Below, piece by piece: positions 24,852 through 36,640 of a DNA stretch of 64,000 bases. Source of the DNA: Zygnema circumcarinatum SAG 698-1b (lineage: Eukaryota; Plantae; Zygnematophyceae); contig CM074805.1 in the NCBI GenBank assembly GCA_037447605.1, positions 434,001 to 498,000 on the forward strand, in the 5' to 3' direction. Position 1 is the first letter of the stretch. Every line of letters begins with the position of its first letter. The translations under genes and the position numbers were made by a program. The notes under the pieces were generated by a model. The model did no database searches. It was not told the origin of the DNA and saw nothing but the letters and a program-made list of their open reading frames with translations.

Positions 24852-27800
24852 TCAGAAGGGCCAGTTCTCCCCCACGCATGTCAAGGGCCCTTCCCCTTCA
24901 AAAGCAGCGACTGAAGTCCAGAGCTCCACCATGGCGGCATCCATAATCTCCTTCGCCTCCGTGGAATCCTGTGCAGAACAAAGAGAGGGCTCAGTTTTTG
25001 CATCCAATGCGAAGGTAGGTCACTCGTTCATTGGAAGGTTTCAGTGTTCAACGTCTCATAAGGCGATTCGGAAGGCTGGAGGTGCATCAAGGAGATGATG
25101 AGCATCAAGGTGATTCAAAGACCCATTCCGAGACTTTTTGAGTTTCCAAACCCTAATAACCCTAAAGGCTGACCTGGCATTTGGAGGAGACAGCGTCGCG
25201 GCTGGGCAGCGTCCATCCCCAGAGACGCGTTGCAATGGCGATGGCCCACTCCAATTCTGCTGCATTCATGCCCTCTGTGACACAAAGAGAGAGAGAAAAA
25301 GAAATAGTGAGCAGAAGACAAAGCGTGTGTGCATGTCTCGGCGTGTGTCCGCGAGAGCAAGAAGAGAGTGAGGGAGAGAGCCCTACTCTCACAGAAAGTC
25401 ATCGCAGGGAACTAGACAAGCGACTGCACGCAAGACAGAGACAGAGAGAGAGAGAGAAAAAGAGAGAGAGAGATAGAGATGCTCCTCACCTTCCTCGTGA
25501 GCATGGCGCAGCAGGCGTGCCACAAAGCGCGCCGTGTCCCTCCTGTTGGGCCACCTCCAGTAGATGCGCGACGACATGCGCGCGGCGGCTGCCAGCAGCA
25601 GCGCGGAGCCGCGTCCGCACTTTTTAGGGTTCGCGGGGCCGAGATCGAGCGCGCGGAGGAGGGCCGCAGGGGAGCAGTCGGAGGGGGGGAGGCCGACCAG
25701 AATCGCTTGCAGGCCCCAGTCAAAGAGCTCCAGGGCCTCCCTGTCGACCGAGGTGCCCTCCTGGTTAACCGCCTGCAGCCATGGCTTCCATATACAAGTC
25801 AGAAACTCTCTCTCTTCGCACAAACCCCTGCAGTTGGGCGTGGTCAAGTGCTATGTTGACTGAAGAAAGCAGAGAGAGAGAAGGAGAAGGACGAGAATGA
25901 AGGAGAAAGTTAGTACCGTGTAAGTGCCTGTTACAGCTTTCGCCCACATCAGCTGAACGGAGCTGTCTAACTGATCCGCCTTCTCCAGCAAATCTCCAAT
26001 GGCTTTCCATGCAAGCCATCCGATGTTCGCTCCAGGGTCCTCGTTCCGCTCTATCCACCTTTGAAGCTCTCCCGCTCTCTCACTCCGCGGCAAAGACTTC
26101 ACCAAATGGTAAGCCAAAAGCCTTGCGCAAAAGTTCACATTCAACTGATGCAGAGCCGCCTCCTCCCCTTCCATAGGGCCCAGCTCTCCGCTGATTCTCA
26201 AAAATGTTTGGGCTATTTCTGAACCCCAGGGATGGCAGGGATCACGTGTGAGAGGTTTCAGTAAAGCGGAACTGAACCGCCGAGCATAGAGGTAACGCTC
26301 CGTGTAACTGGGAGCTCCATTCAGCGCGGAATTGGCTGCTGCGAATAGTCTTCCCACTCGAGAAGGGACCGATTCGTATCCCCTTTCTTGGAAAACCAAA
26401 GTGACTATATCTCTCAGACTTCCAGCATCGATGTGAGTGCTTGCAGTGGCCCTAATTCTGGCTCGGAATGCAGCTTCCGAGCAGCCAATCTCTTCCAGTT
26501 TTGCAGCGATTCTCAGCACATCTGAAGGCCACACTCGAGGGAGCTCTTGAAGGAACGTTGCGAGCGTGACAGCTGTCACGCCAGGGCCCGCCTTCTTCTG
26601 CCTGTACAGTTTATCGGCTTCTTGACAAATCTCATTCCTCTTCAGTCCGGGAGTACCTGTAAAGAGACTGTCGGCTATCGTAAGCTCCGCCAACTCCGAC
26701 AAGTAAAGCACGAACTTTTTCCGACCCACATCCTTTCCTTTCTCAATCAAAGCTGACGTTCCTCCCTCCCTCCACATCTCCTCCTCCTCTTCCTCCTCTC
26801 TCCCCACCCTCACTGTGTCACTCTCTCTCTTCCTACCGTCCACTCCCGTGCCGCCAACTGTCGCCTCCTGGCTGGCCCACGCCATCTCCATAGCGAGCCT
26901 GCATCGAGATGATCCTCCGGTGGGCCCCACCAGTCCAGTGGTGGGCCCCACTCCCGCAACTCCGCAATAATCAAGAACATCCAACAGACAAGCAAGAACA
27001 AATTTTCGAGCTGCCCGAAACTCGATCGCACCCTCATCCTGCTCCCTCGGCTGCTTCATTTCTTGTGCTCCTGAAAACCGTCCGAGCCGATTCAAAAGTC
27101 TCAGCATACAAAGGCAAGCGGAAGTAGGCTCCCATTCGCTGATCGCTACCGCTAGCCCTAAAATCCGCAGAACTTCCGAGCGAGAGGGAGGGGTTGAGAG
27201 AGTGCGGTCGTTGAGGAGAGTCTCCTGCAGGAGAAACTCCTGAAGAGAGCAGTCTTTGCCGAGAAAAGTCAACCGTTTCCCTTCGTTTGGGGACAGAAAT
27301 GCGAGGTTGGTAATCAAGCTTCCGAATGAACCTCCCCATGCCTCGCCGTCCAATAAGAAGTCGAGTCCTCCCTTAGCCCCTGCGTGGCCCAAAAGCCATC
27401 TCTCTCCCCAAGAAGCAGTCCATGCCTGTCCCAACACTTGGGTCCACCTCCCCATCCACGCTCTCTGAGCCCTAGGGCTTAAGTAAACCCCGGCGGCTCT
27501 CTCACTCTTTACTTCGATTTCAGTGATCCATTCATCCTCACTGTCTTCCTCACTCTCTCCGGGGAAGAGGGAGGAGCCCATGGAGCTGCTCTCACTCAGA
27601 ACGGGAGTCAAACTCGGACCCGAAACGAGGTCAAGGTCGAGCCCCACGGATAGCTTTGAGAGACGGAGGTCGTCTTGAGCGATGGTAGAGAAATAGGGTT
27701 CTTCATATCTTATCGGAAATTCTTCGTCAAATTTCATGTCTACCACGTTCGTCGAATCTGGACCACCCCCCGGTACAAGCCAGGGCTTGAAGCTCACTTG

Positions 27801-28775
27801 CTGATAAATTTTCGGAATCTTCGGTTCACGGTCTCCGATGTTTCCTCGCTTCCTCACTGACATATCTTCCTCCAGCACTTCATCTTCCTCGTCACACTTT
27901 CGGCACTCTCCGCCTGCCTCCCGCTGCCCTCCCACCCTCTCACACCCTCCCTTCAAGGGATCTAGAATGCAGGCTTCCTCCTCCATTGCCATCCTCTTCT
28001 TCCCTGCATTCTCCTTCTCCAAAAACTCCGACTTCGCGATGTTTTTGCCGGAAAATGGGCCGTTACTGTCTACACTGCTCTCATCCTTTGGCGGGCCGTC
28101 CCCCCATTGCCTCCAAAACTCGAGCCAGCAAGCTAACCCTGCCACGTAGACCTCCTTCACCCTCTGAGCAGGCACCCCTCTCGCCTCCGTCTTCTCCAGC
28201 CGAGCCAACAGCCAATCATATTCCCTCAAAGCCGCAGACACCGCTTCCTTGTCGTCCAAGCACGCGCGCATCTTCTTCCTCTCTCTCTCTCTCCACCTCT
28301 CCCCATCTCCCTCTCCCTCCCGCCCTCCGCCCCTCTTCTCGTACCTCTCCAGTGCCTTCGTCGCCGCCCCCACATCCGCCATTCCCATGCTCGCGGTCCT
28401 ACGGAGCTTGTTACTGTTATAGTTTCCGTTCTCCGCAGGGAGCAGCGGCGGCAGGCGGAAGCTCCCCCCCCTTGCGAGGGTCGGTCGCCCGCCAAGTCCG
28501 GGAGAGGAGGCGGAGGAGCTGAGAGGGGAGGCGAGGGTTCGGGGGGAGCGGAGAGTGCGGAGGGGAGAGTAAGGCTCGCCTATGGCGGCCGCGAGCTTCT
28601 CATAGAACCGGGCAAGGAGGGCTGCGAGAGGGTCCTCCGCCTGCGCTTGAGCCACCATGGCGCGGGCGCGGCTGGTGGGCCCCACGTCGTCGCTGTAGGT
28701 GAAGGGACGGGAGTTTGCTTTTCGGGGAGGGGAGGAGTCCCCATTGGTAAAGGCGGAGGAGTTGATCTGACCCAT
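24852..28775 (-). CDS. Large unrecognised, mostly alpha-helical protein (about 1150-1250 aa): one exon of about 2.85 kb plus about 3 downstream exons
   Basis: 974-codon open frame with protein-like composition; further coding-like segments at 25847-25490, 25265-25160 and 24969-24852 bounded by AG/GT. 3' junctions are not fully resolved and no family was recognised. Confidence 0.75.
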
Positions 28776-29924
28776 TTGGGGTGGTGGGAGAGAGCAGGAG
28801 AGGGAGAGGAAGAGGGAGAGGGAGAGGTGGGAGTGGCAGGGTTTTGCGGATAGCGGGAAGAGGAAGAGTGGGCTAAGTGGTCTTGAAGCTCCCGGTCCAC
28901 GAAGAAGGAGAAGCTCGGCCCGCCATGAAGTCCCTCCTGGTCTCTCCCGGTCCCTCCCTCCCTCCCTCTCTCCCTCCGCCCCCTCCGCCTCCCCTTACAT
29001 TCGGGGAGGGCGGCGAGCCGCTTGGCGGCGGCCGGCAGGGCCGCCCGCCGGCCGGTTCGACGCCGACACGGCCCGTACGGACAAGACAACCGTACAAACA
29101 AGTACAAAACGTACAGTTAGAGGACGAAAATTGTACGGTTGTGAGTGTACGGGAGAAAGGGAAGGGTCGCACGTTTCGGTTTGTCAGGACGTGGGCGGTT
29201 CCAGTTTGGGGCGGATCCACACGGTGGATCGGGGGGGCGCACGATCTTGATCGTGGCGGGGGGCGGGCTAACTCTGGGGACGGCGACGTCTCCAACGGCC
29301 AGGAGGGCGTACGGAGGATGGAGGGTGAATTTGTCGGTTTACTGGGGACAACGTGTGGCGGGGGAAGCTCCCTCGAGGCGCAAGTGGACAAAAGCGCCGG
29401 CTCGAGGGCATCCGTACGGCACGAGGTGTCGGTGTGATATGCGACAAACGTAAAGCCTATGATTGCGCTCGTTCAGCCCGTTGTGCTGAGATTGAGCCAA
29501 TCCAGGTCTGCCACGTCATATTTATACACGTTTGTGACGTGCGACGAAGATTGCGCCTTTCCAGTGCTGGATTCAGGAAACGACGCTGCTGACGTGTCCA
29601 TTTCGAACCTTTTCGAAAAGTCGAAGGAAACGGGACAGAGCAGGTGGACCCAAAATTCAAGTCCTTTAATCTGCCGACGTGGCAGGCTTATCTTGGTTTA
29701 TCATCTCCGACGACGGACGATCCTCGTCCACATCCCCTTGCTTTCGGTTTCTACCGTTGAACCGCCGAACAGTGGATCCCAAAAGTAGGTGCCGTACGGT
29801 ATGGTACTTGTACGGTACGATTGACCCTCGAAGCGGGGCGGTCAACGGGGAGGTCGGCCCGGGCATCGGGCGGGTCCCTCGGTTCCCCTGACCCCCCCGG
29901 GTCCCCGGAGGCCGCCTAGTCCGA

Positions 29925-29986
29925 GCTGGTACGCTCCCATTGGCTGTGAGGTGCCAGTGTGTCCAACAGCCAATGGGAGCGCCAGC
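29925..29986. other. Hairpin with a perfect 16-bp stem containing inverted CCAAT boxes
   Basis: CGCTCCCATTGGCTGT (29932-29947) and ACAGCCAATGGGAGCG (29966-29981), 18-nt loop, extended by GCTGG/CCAGC. Confidence 0.85.
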
Positions 29987-30236
29987 TGTTCGGGTTAAAA
30001 AAATGACGTGGAATGCTGACGTGTTGAAAAAACCGGGGGCCAGAAACTGGCCGCCAAAAAACTGGGCTCTGACGCGCATGCGACAACCTGACCACGTCGG
30101 ATGGTGACGGCGTGGCCGGCCGGCGAGGACAGAGGGGCGGAGCGCGTTGACTGGCCGGCCGGCAGAGGGGCCGTCGATGACCGCGATTTGACCGGCAAGG
30201 GCGGGTACGTACGGACGGGGTGCAGCCGGACGAGGT

Positions 30237-30442
30237 TGGATTAGGGTTAAGGGTTAAAGGTAAGGACAAGGGTTGAGGGATTAGGGTTAGGGTTAAGGGT
30301 TAAAGGTTAGGGTAAGGGGATTAGAGTTAGGGTTAAGGGTTAAGGAATGAGGGATTGGGGTTAAGGGTTAAGCGTTAGGGTTGGGGTTAGGAATAAGGAG
30401 AAATTAGGTTATAAAGATTAAAGTTAGGGTTAGGGTTAGAAG
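30237..30442 (+). repeat. Interstitial degenerate telomere-like array (TTAGGG/TTAAGGG)
   Basis: About 200 bp of ttagggttagggttaagggttaaagg variants with an apparent higher-order period of about 40 bp. Confidence 0.88.
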
Positions 30443-30966
30443 TATGGTTCGAGGTCGAGTTGGTGCTAAATTCGGGTGAGATTAAGGAGGATTATACTCA
30501 AGGTTGGGATTAGAATTGGGTCGCATTATTGTGCTTGACATAACAGTCCGATTGAACAGACGGGGATGGTCAAGTATGAAGTGGAGGTCTGATTAGGAAA
30601 TGACAGTTAAAATTTAGGTTAAAAATTAAAGCAAGGATAAGGGTTTGATTAGCAGCTGAGTAGCTTTAGGGTTAGGGTCTGGGTTAGGCTGCTCTAGGTT
30701 AGGCTTTATCGAGTCAGTATCGGGGCGGGACGCGAAGGAGAGAGGGAGGGAGAAGGAGAGAGAGGGAAAGAGAGAAGGCGAGCGAGGGAGAGAGAGGGGA
30801 AGATTGCGGGGGAGAGAGGCAACAGCGAGACAGGGAGCAGCAATTCGTCTATCCATACTCAAACAGCTCGGCGGTGGGAAGCAGGTTCTGCCTGCCGCAT
30901 GTATGCCCCTTTCAAGATTAGGGTTAAGCGCCTCCCTCCTGCAGCCGCCGCTCCGCGCCGGCGGCC

Positions 30967-32421
30967 ATGGGCGCTGGCAGCAGCCACGGCCGGCTGAGCC
31001 CTCCCGAGAAGATACTGGCCGATCCCGAAGGGCCTGCGCACTTTGTGTGCATAAGGAGCGGCTCCGGATCACATGTACGGCAGAAGTCTTTCAGGGGATG
31101 AATGGGTGGATGGGTGGATGGGCGGATGAATGTATGCATGGATGTATGGATGGATGAATGAATGCACGTATGTATGTATGTATGCATGAATACATGGATG
31201 AATGTTTGCACGGATTTGTGGAAGGTGGTGTATCAATGGGGTTCGGATTCGGGGATGCAGAATTGTGCAGTGTATAAGGAAAAGATCCGGAATGACTGCC
31301 TTTGGCTCGCAGTTCAGAAGGAGGGCTATACCCTGCAGCCGCCGGCACTCTCCCCGGTAAAGATTTTAGTCCACATAGGTTATAGCCCCCCCTTCTCCCC
31401 CCGTCTCCCTTCTTATATTTGTAAGGAACACAAAAAGAAAAGTGGGAAGAGTTCCCTTCCGAGGAACACGACACTACCGAATTTTGAATTGTTGAAGGAC
31501 CTCATTTTTTTCGCCTTTGCAGGCACAGTTGACGCTGATGAGCTTCACTTCCGGGATTCTCGCTGTGGCCCGACTGCAACCACGGCGGGATGGTCCGAAT
31601 TTTCCCACCTACAATGTGGTATGCGTTTCTTGTGCAGATTGAGGGAGGGGTTAGGGTTAGAGAAAGAGAGGAAGGGAGACTGCCTGAGGGAGGGGGGACG
31701 AGAGAGAGGGTAGGTGCGAGGGGAATGTGGAAGTGAGGGAGTGGTGGCCAGAGAAATTCAAAAACCGATGAAGAAAAGGAGGAAGTGGGAGGGCGAGGGA
31801 GAGCGAGAGGGAGAGCGAGAGCGAGAGGGGAAGGAAAAGAAGAAGAAAAGAGAGAGCGAGAGAGGAAAGAGGAGAGAGAGAGAGAGGGCGAGGGAGAGTT
31901 GGACTGAAAGCTCTGAAGTGGGTCGGAAACAGGGCAGTCCTGTTTGGCTTCAGGCGGAGCCAACAGCCATTCGGCAGGGAAAGACTAGATTTGAACGGAT
32001 TACGACAATCGGAACACATGGAGTCGCGTGGGACTTCCATGGAAAGGCCAACTTGTTCCGTTCCGTTGGGGATAAACTGCTCGCGGAAGTAGTCGTGGAG
32101 GCGAGAGGATCGGCACATAGAACCGTAGAAAAGGTGACCAACGACCAGTGCTTGGAACTGGTTTCTACGTTCCAATTTATCGAAAAAACTTTGTGGACCG
32201 GATGTTGGTTCAGCTCAACTCATGGTTTTTTCTGTGTGTTTCCCGTTTCCAAGAGCAGTTTGAAGGTCGGGACTCAGAAAATCTGCACATAGAACGGCTC
32301 CAATTCAAAGAGAAGAGAGAGGTAAGAGAAGGGGAGGTTGGCGAACCTTTCTTGGAGCAGAACATTTAGTGACTGTGAATGTTGGATTTAGGTTAACCCC
32401 AAAACCATGTGTTTCAAACTG

Positions 32422-32463
<42 letters not shown>

Positions 32464-33070
32464 GAGAGAGAAAAGGGGATGGAAAGTATTGCAGCTGGTT
32501 TACCTGGTTAGAGAGACGTGCTAGCTATTTTCACGAGTTATTTTTAATGTTTTTTTGGTTTTTCTTATCGGCCATTTGACCTGCAGATTGACTTCCTCAA
32601 GTGCCGAATCCGATTTGAGAACAGTAATGAGATCATGGTGACGTGTCAAAATCCAAATTCGGTAAACCCCACTTGGGAATGCGCCATGTTCTATGCCGCC
32701 GTTGTGCCGAGGTGCGTATTTCCACTCAAATTACGGTTTCCTTGTACGAAATCTTGCCTGGCGAAGCACGAAGTAAAAAAAAAATATGAAGTGGTGCTCC
32801 GTTATTCTGCTAAAAACTGCTTTCTGTGTGCTTCCGTTCTGCCCTCCCTTTCCCCCCTCACTCCCCCCCGATTCCCCACCCTTCCCCCTCGTCTCCCCTT
32901 TTGCTAATGGGGGTGGCAGTGATGACTGGCGATGGAAATGGGACATAAAGACCCGCGCGGGGTATGACCCATCCGCCGCTCTCCTGTGCGGACTGGTGTG
33001 CTCCGCAGCCCTTAATCCCGAAAACATTCTTCGTCATCTCACGATTAACTGGCCCCAAGAGCGTCTCTAA
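30967..33070 (+). CDS. Unrecognised 272-aa protein with MGxxxS N-terminus, 7 exons (30967-31074, 31261-31356, 31523-31618, 31954-32133, 32259-32321, 32587-32711, 32920-33070)
   Basis: gccATGG start; six GT-AG introns joining in one frame (phases 0,0,0,0,0,2) with no internal stop. C-terminus WKWDIKTRAGYDPSAALLCGLVCSAALNPENILRHL. Confidence 0.75.
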
Positions 33071-33894
33071 CTCTCTCTCTTTCTCACTCTCACACACACA
33101 CACACACACACACACGCAGAGAGAGAGAGGGAGAAAGAGAGACAGAGAAGGTGGGTGTGCTGTGAGGAAAGGGAGTTTTTGTGTCCACCACTAACCCGTC
33201 CTAGTTCCACATGCCATGTACGAGTAGTAGTCGAGTATGTTTTTTGGTAGGAGAGAGTTCATGTCTAGTCAGTTTGTAGGAAGTCAATGATGTGACTGGG
33301 CCAGTTGAGACCGATCGGCCTCTCTTCGGTGCTGAGATGAGTGTGAAAAAATGCCCCTTCATCCTCCCCTTCACGATGGGGTTGTACCGGTGGCGCTTGC
33401 ATGGAATGAAACGCCATCTTCTTGGCGCCCACTTTGTACAAAATTGTTCTGAAGCCAATATGGGTTGTGTCTATTTGCGCCTCGTTTCTTGACCACATTT
33501 TTCCCTCTTGCTCCGTGCGCTCCAACTGTCAAACCGTTCATGTGATTCTGCCTTGCAAGCATGGAAGCTGTTGTTGTTCACGCTCGGTCGGTCAATTTTG
33601 ACGTCTTCGACCATCAAGCAGCTCCAACCACGCGCTGACTGACTAGAGCCAGTCAGTGCTCGCAGCTCCACTATTTACTTCAGTCGAAATTAACTCTCTT
33701 CTCTTTTCCCACGATTGCTATTCCCTTTGGCCCAACTATCAACAATGCAAGTACCCCAAATAGCCCGATAAATCGCAATGCTGCCTTTGGGCTTTGGCTC
33801 CCCATGAGCCGCCGACTAAGACCCGTGCGCTCCATGCGACGCTGTTCAGTGCCAGTACAACTGGACGGCCAGCAAACTCCAACACAGAGCGCCA

Positions 33895-34080
33895 AGTCGC
33901 CAGCGAATCTAACCCTGCCACGTGGCACTCGTGTTCACGTGGATGTGCAACGTGGCAATTTCAGCGCTCTTTCACCGACAGTTTGCACGTGTGACGAGAA
34001 GCTAGCAGCACTAAAATGCATGGCGAGCTGCCACGTGGCAAAACATGTCAGCGAATGTAGCGCCACGTGGCCGCTGTTCG
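33895..34080. promoter_or_regulatory. ABRE/G-box cluster upstream of the hydrophilic protein gene
   Basis: gccacgtggc, cacgtgg, aacgtggc, gcacgtgt, gccacgtggc and gccacgtggc within about 170 bp. Confidence 0.6.
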
Positions 34081-34455
34081 TAGGCTGCAGAGCTCTCCCC
34101 CCCTCCCCCGGTCAGGCCTGCTTCTCTTTCCCTCGTGGCCTCCTTCCCGCGGAAGAGAGAGGGACGGCGGGATCTCTACGAGTGGGAGAGAGAAAGACGG
34201 GGAGAGAGGGAAAGAGAGGAGGGGAGGGAAGGAGGTAGAAAGCTGGGGAGAGAGGGAAGGCTAATTGCTATAGAGAGAGAGAGGGGACTAATTCCTTCAG
34301 GGAAGTAAAGGGCGGGGCCAAGGGGCAGCGAAGAGCAGGCAGGTCCTTTCCCTTCTTCCTCTCCTTTCAGTTCTTTTAGGAGTGTTTTACAGAAAAAAAA
34401 CTGAATTTATTCGAAATAATTAAGGGACTATTGCCGTGAGTGAGTGCAGGCGGCC

Positions 34456-34644
34456 ATGCTGAAGCAGGTGGTGCAGACTGTGGCGGACTATCTGCCCGGG
34501 GGGCAGAGGGTGGCGCAGCCCGAAACTGATACTCCGCCAGCAGACTCGCTTACTGCTGCCGACAGCCCTTCACAAGTATGTTTCCCTTGCCACCTCTTCC
34601 CCCCCCCCTCCCCACCCCTATTTTTTTTTTCTCTCTCGCTCTCG

Positions 34645-34680
<36 letters not shown>

Positions 34681-35230
34681 CTCTCTCACTTCCCTTCCTC
34701 ATTCCCCCCCACTCTCCCTCTCTCAGTCCCGCCTGCACTTCCCTCCCCCCTTCCTTTCTCACTCTTTATCCCGTATTCGCACCTGCCCGTTCTCCACACT
34801 CTATGAAGCTTCTTTCTCCCCTCCTCCAAGTAATGTATCCTCTCTGTCTCCATCAATGCTGCAGCAGGTAACAGGTGAAGGAACCACTGATCATGGAACA
34901 GAATCCGCCCCTCAAAGAACCGGGAACCCTCAAGACTTCAACAGCGCTCAAAATGTGGGGTCTCAAGCAGAAGCCCTCAGCGCGGCTCCCGGCTATGCGG
35001 GAGACCAAGCGATAGGGAGAGGCCAAGAAACGGCTCCTGGAGCAGTTGGGAGCCCATTAGACGAGCCCCCTGAGAAGAGCGCTGGAGAAATGGAAGCGAA
35101 AGAAGGGGAGGGAGGTGAAGGGCCCGACCCTAAGCACCATCCTGGGCCCTTGTGGGGCACGCCGGGAACGGTTCCTGACGTGCCTCCGAAGCGACTGCTG
35201 AATCATGGGGTTGAGCTCCCGCATCCTTAA
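34456..35230 (+). CDS. About 160-aa hydrophilic, probably disordered protein (hydrophilin-like), 2 exons (34456-34575, 34868-35230)
   Basis: gccATG start; CAA|GTATGT donor; GCAGCAG| acceptor; phase 0; G/P/E/A/Q-rich with no aromatic core. Confidence 0.7.
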
Positions 35231-36284
35231 AGGGTGAAGATGGGCTGTGCAGGTCTTGCTTGGGTGACTTCTTTGGAGGGTTGAAGAGGGGGCTGTTTGC
35301 TGTTTGCCGCTTGCTGTTGAAGGTAATAGAAGGGTAGGTGAACAAACTTCACTTGGCTCGGCTAATGTGTATGCAGGAAGATGACGAGATGTGGCATGGG
35401 TCAGGAAGGGTGCTGTGTAATATACAAGACGTGCTTGGCGAATTGATGAAGGCGTGGGTTGGATATTGTTATGGCCATTTACCGATCCGTTAAGTTGTTA
35501 GCTCTCACATAGTCATCCATGTACTGCGCCGTTTTTTGCGGGTAATGCTGGATTGCCCAATGGTCGCACGTGTGGGCGTTGCCCAAATGTCTATGTGACC
35601 TTGTTGTTCATCTGAACTCGTGTGAATCCCAACCGAGCCTGTCCACACTTGCATGCGACCGTACGTACACACATCAAGAAGATACGCGGACAACTGAAAA
35701 CATTAAGGGCACATGGCACAACGAACACGTGAATGAGAGGCTGCGCCAGACTTAAGGGAGCATGTCCCGCTCATCTTACAGTGCCGGCCATCAAAGATTG
35801 GACATAGTTGCGCAGATGTGGAACATGGTGAACTCATGCATGCTTGAAGTATAGCACAGATTGGACCATTGGATGCCAAAACCATGGAACGTCCAACCAT
35901 TGCCATCCAATGGTTGTCCAATGGTTGCCGATCCAATGGTCCGACTTGTGAAGCATTGAGAGAGCATACGACCCATCCCCAACTCCCCAAGTGACCTAGA
36001 GAGTAGTGACACACCAATGCAAAGGGAGGCTGCATGTGTGGCATCATCGTCGATGACATACATTGTACCCATGCATGCATGCATGCATGCCATGGGCATG
36101 GCCAGTACCCATGTGCCCCAACATGGCAATTTCTCGCCTAACAACACAGCGATAGAGCGTGTTCGAACATGGAAATGAACATGCCCCACAGTTACAGTTA
36201 GAGCTCAACAACGGAACTGCGTTGTTGTCTGCATAGAGCCGCCACTCGCCCATGCCTGCAGATGGAGCAGCAGCCGTCTTCCCT

Positions 36285-36620
36285 TAATTCTAGCCCTAAT
36301 TTGGGGCGTAAATCCTAACCCTAATTCAGCCTCCCTGTTCTCTCCTCACTGCCATCACCAGACCCAACTCCGTCTGCAACCCTTCCTCTAACCCTAACCC
36401 TGACGCCCCACTGAAGCCCTCTGCAGGACTCCCAAGCATACTCGCAGCCCCAGCTCTAATTCTTTCCTAATATTGTCTTAAGACGAGAAACCGCTCACCG
36501 ATACACTCCTCCTTACCCTCCGAGCGGCTGCTTTTCACCTCTCCTCCCGCTTCCTCCCTCCCTCCCTCCCTCCCTCCCTCCCTCCCTCCCTCCCTCCCTC
36601 CCGCAAGAAACCCTAACTGT
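36285..36620 (+). promoter_or_regulatory. Telo-box (AACCCTA) motifs upstream of PNO1
   Basis: cctaaccctaa, ctaaccctaaccct and gaaaccctaac. Telo-boxes are established features of plant ribosome-biogenesis promoters. Confidence 0.6.
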
Positions 36621-36640
36621 CTTTTCGACTGTTTTCCGCC

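Noticed and set aside
28873-30269. Several 100-190 aa ORFs in the divergent spacer
   Set aside because: GC-rich overlapping frames on both strands with no motifs or splice structure.
32134-32292. Alternative termination of the 272-aa gene by reading through intron 4
   Set aside because: The frame stays open to 32292, but strong downstream splice sites give a longer coherent protein; retained only as a possible isoform.
33680-33806. 41-aa hydrophobic ORF MGSQSPKAALRFIGLFGVLALLIVGPKG
   Set aside because: Weak start context, no convincing splice chain and no recognisable family; may be chance.
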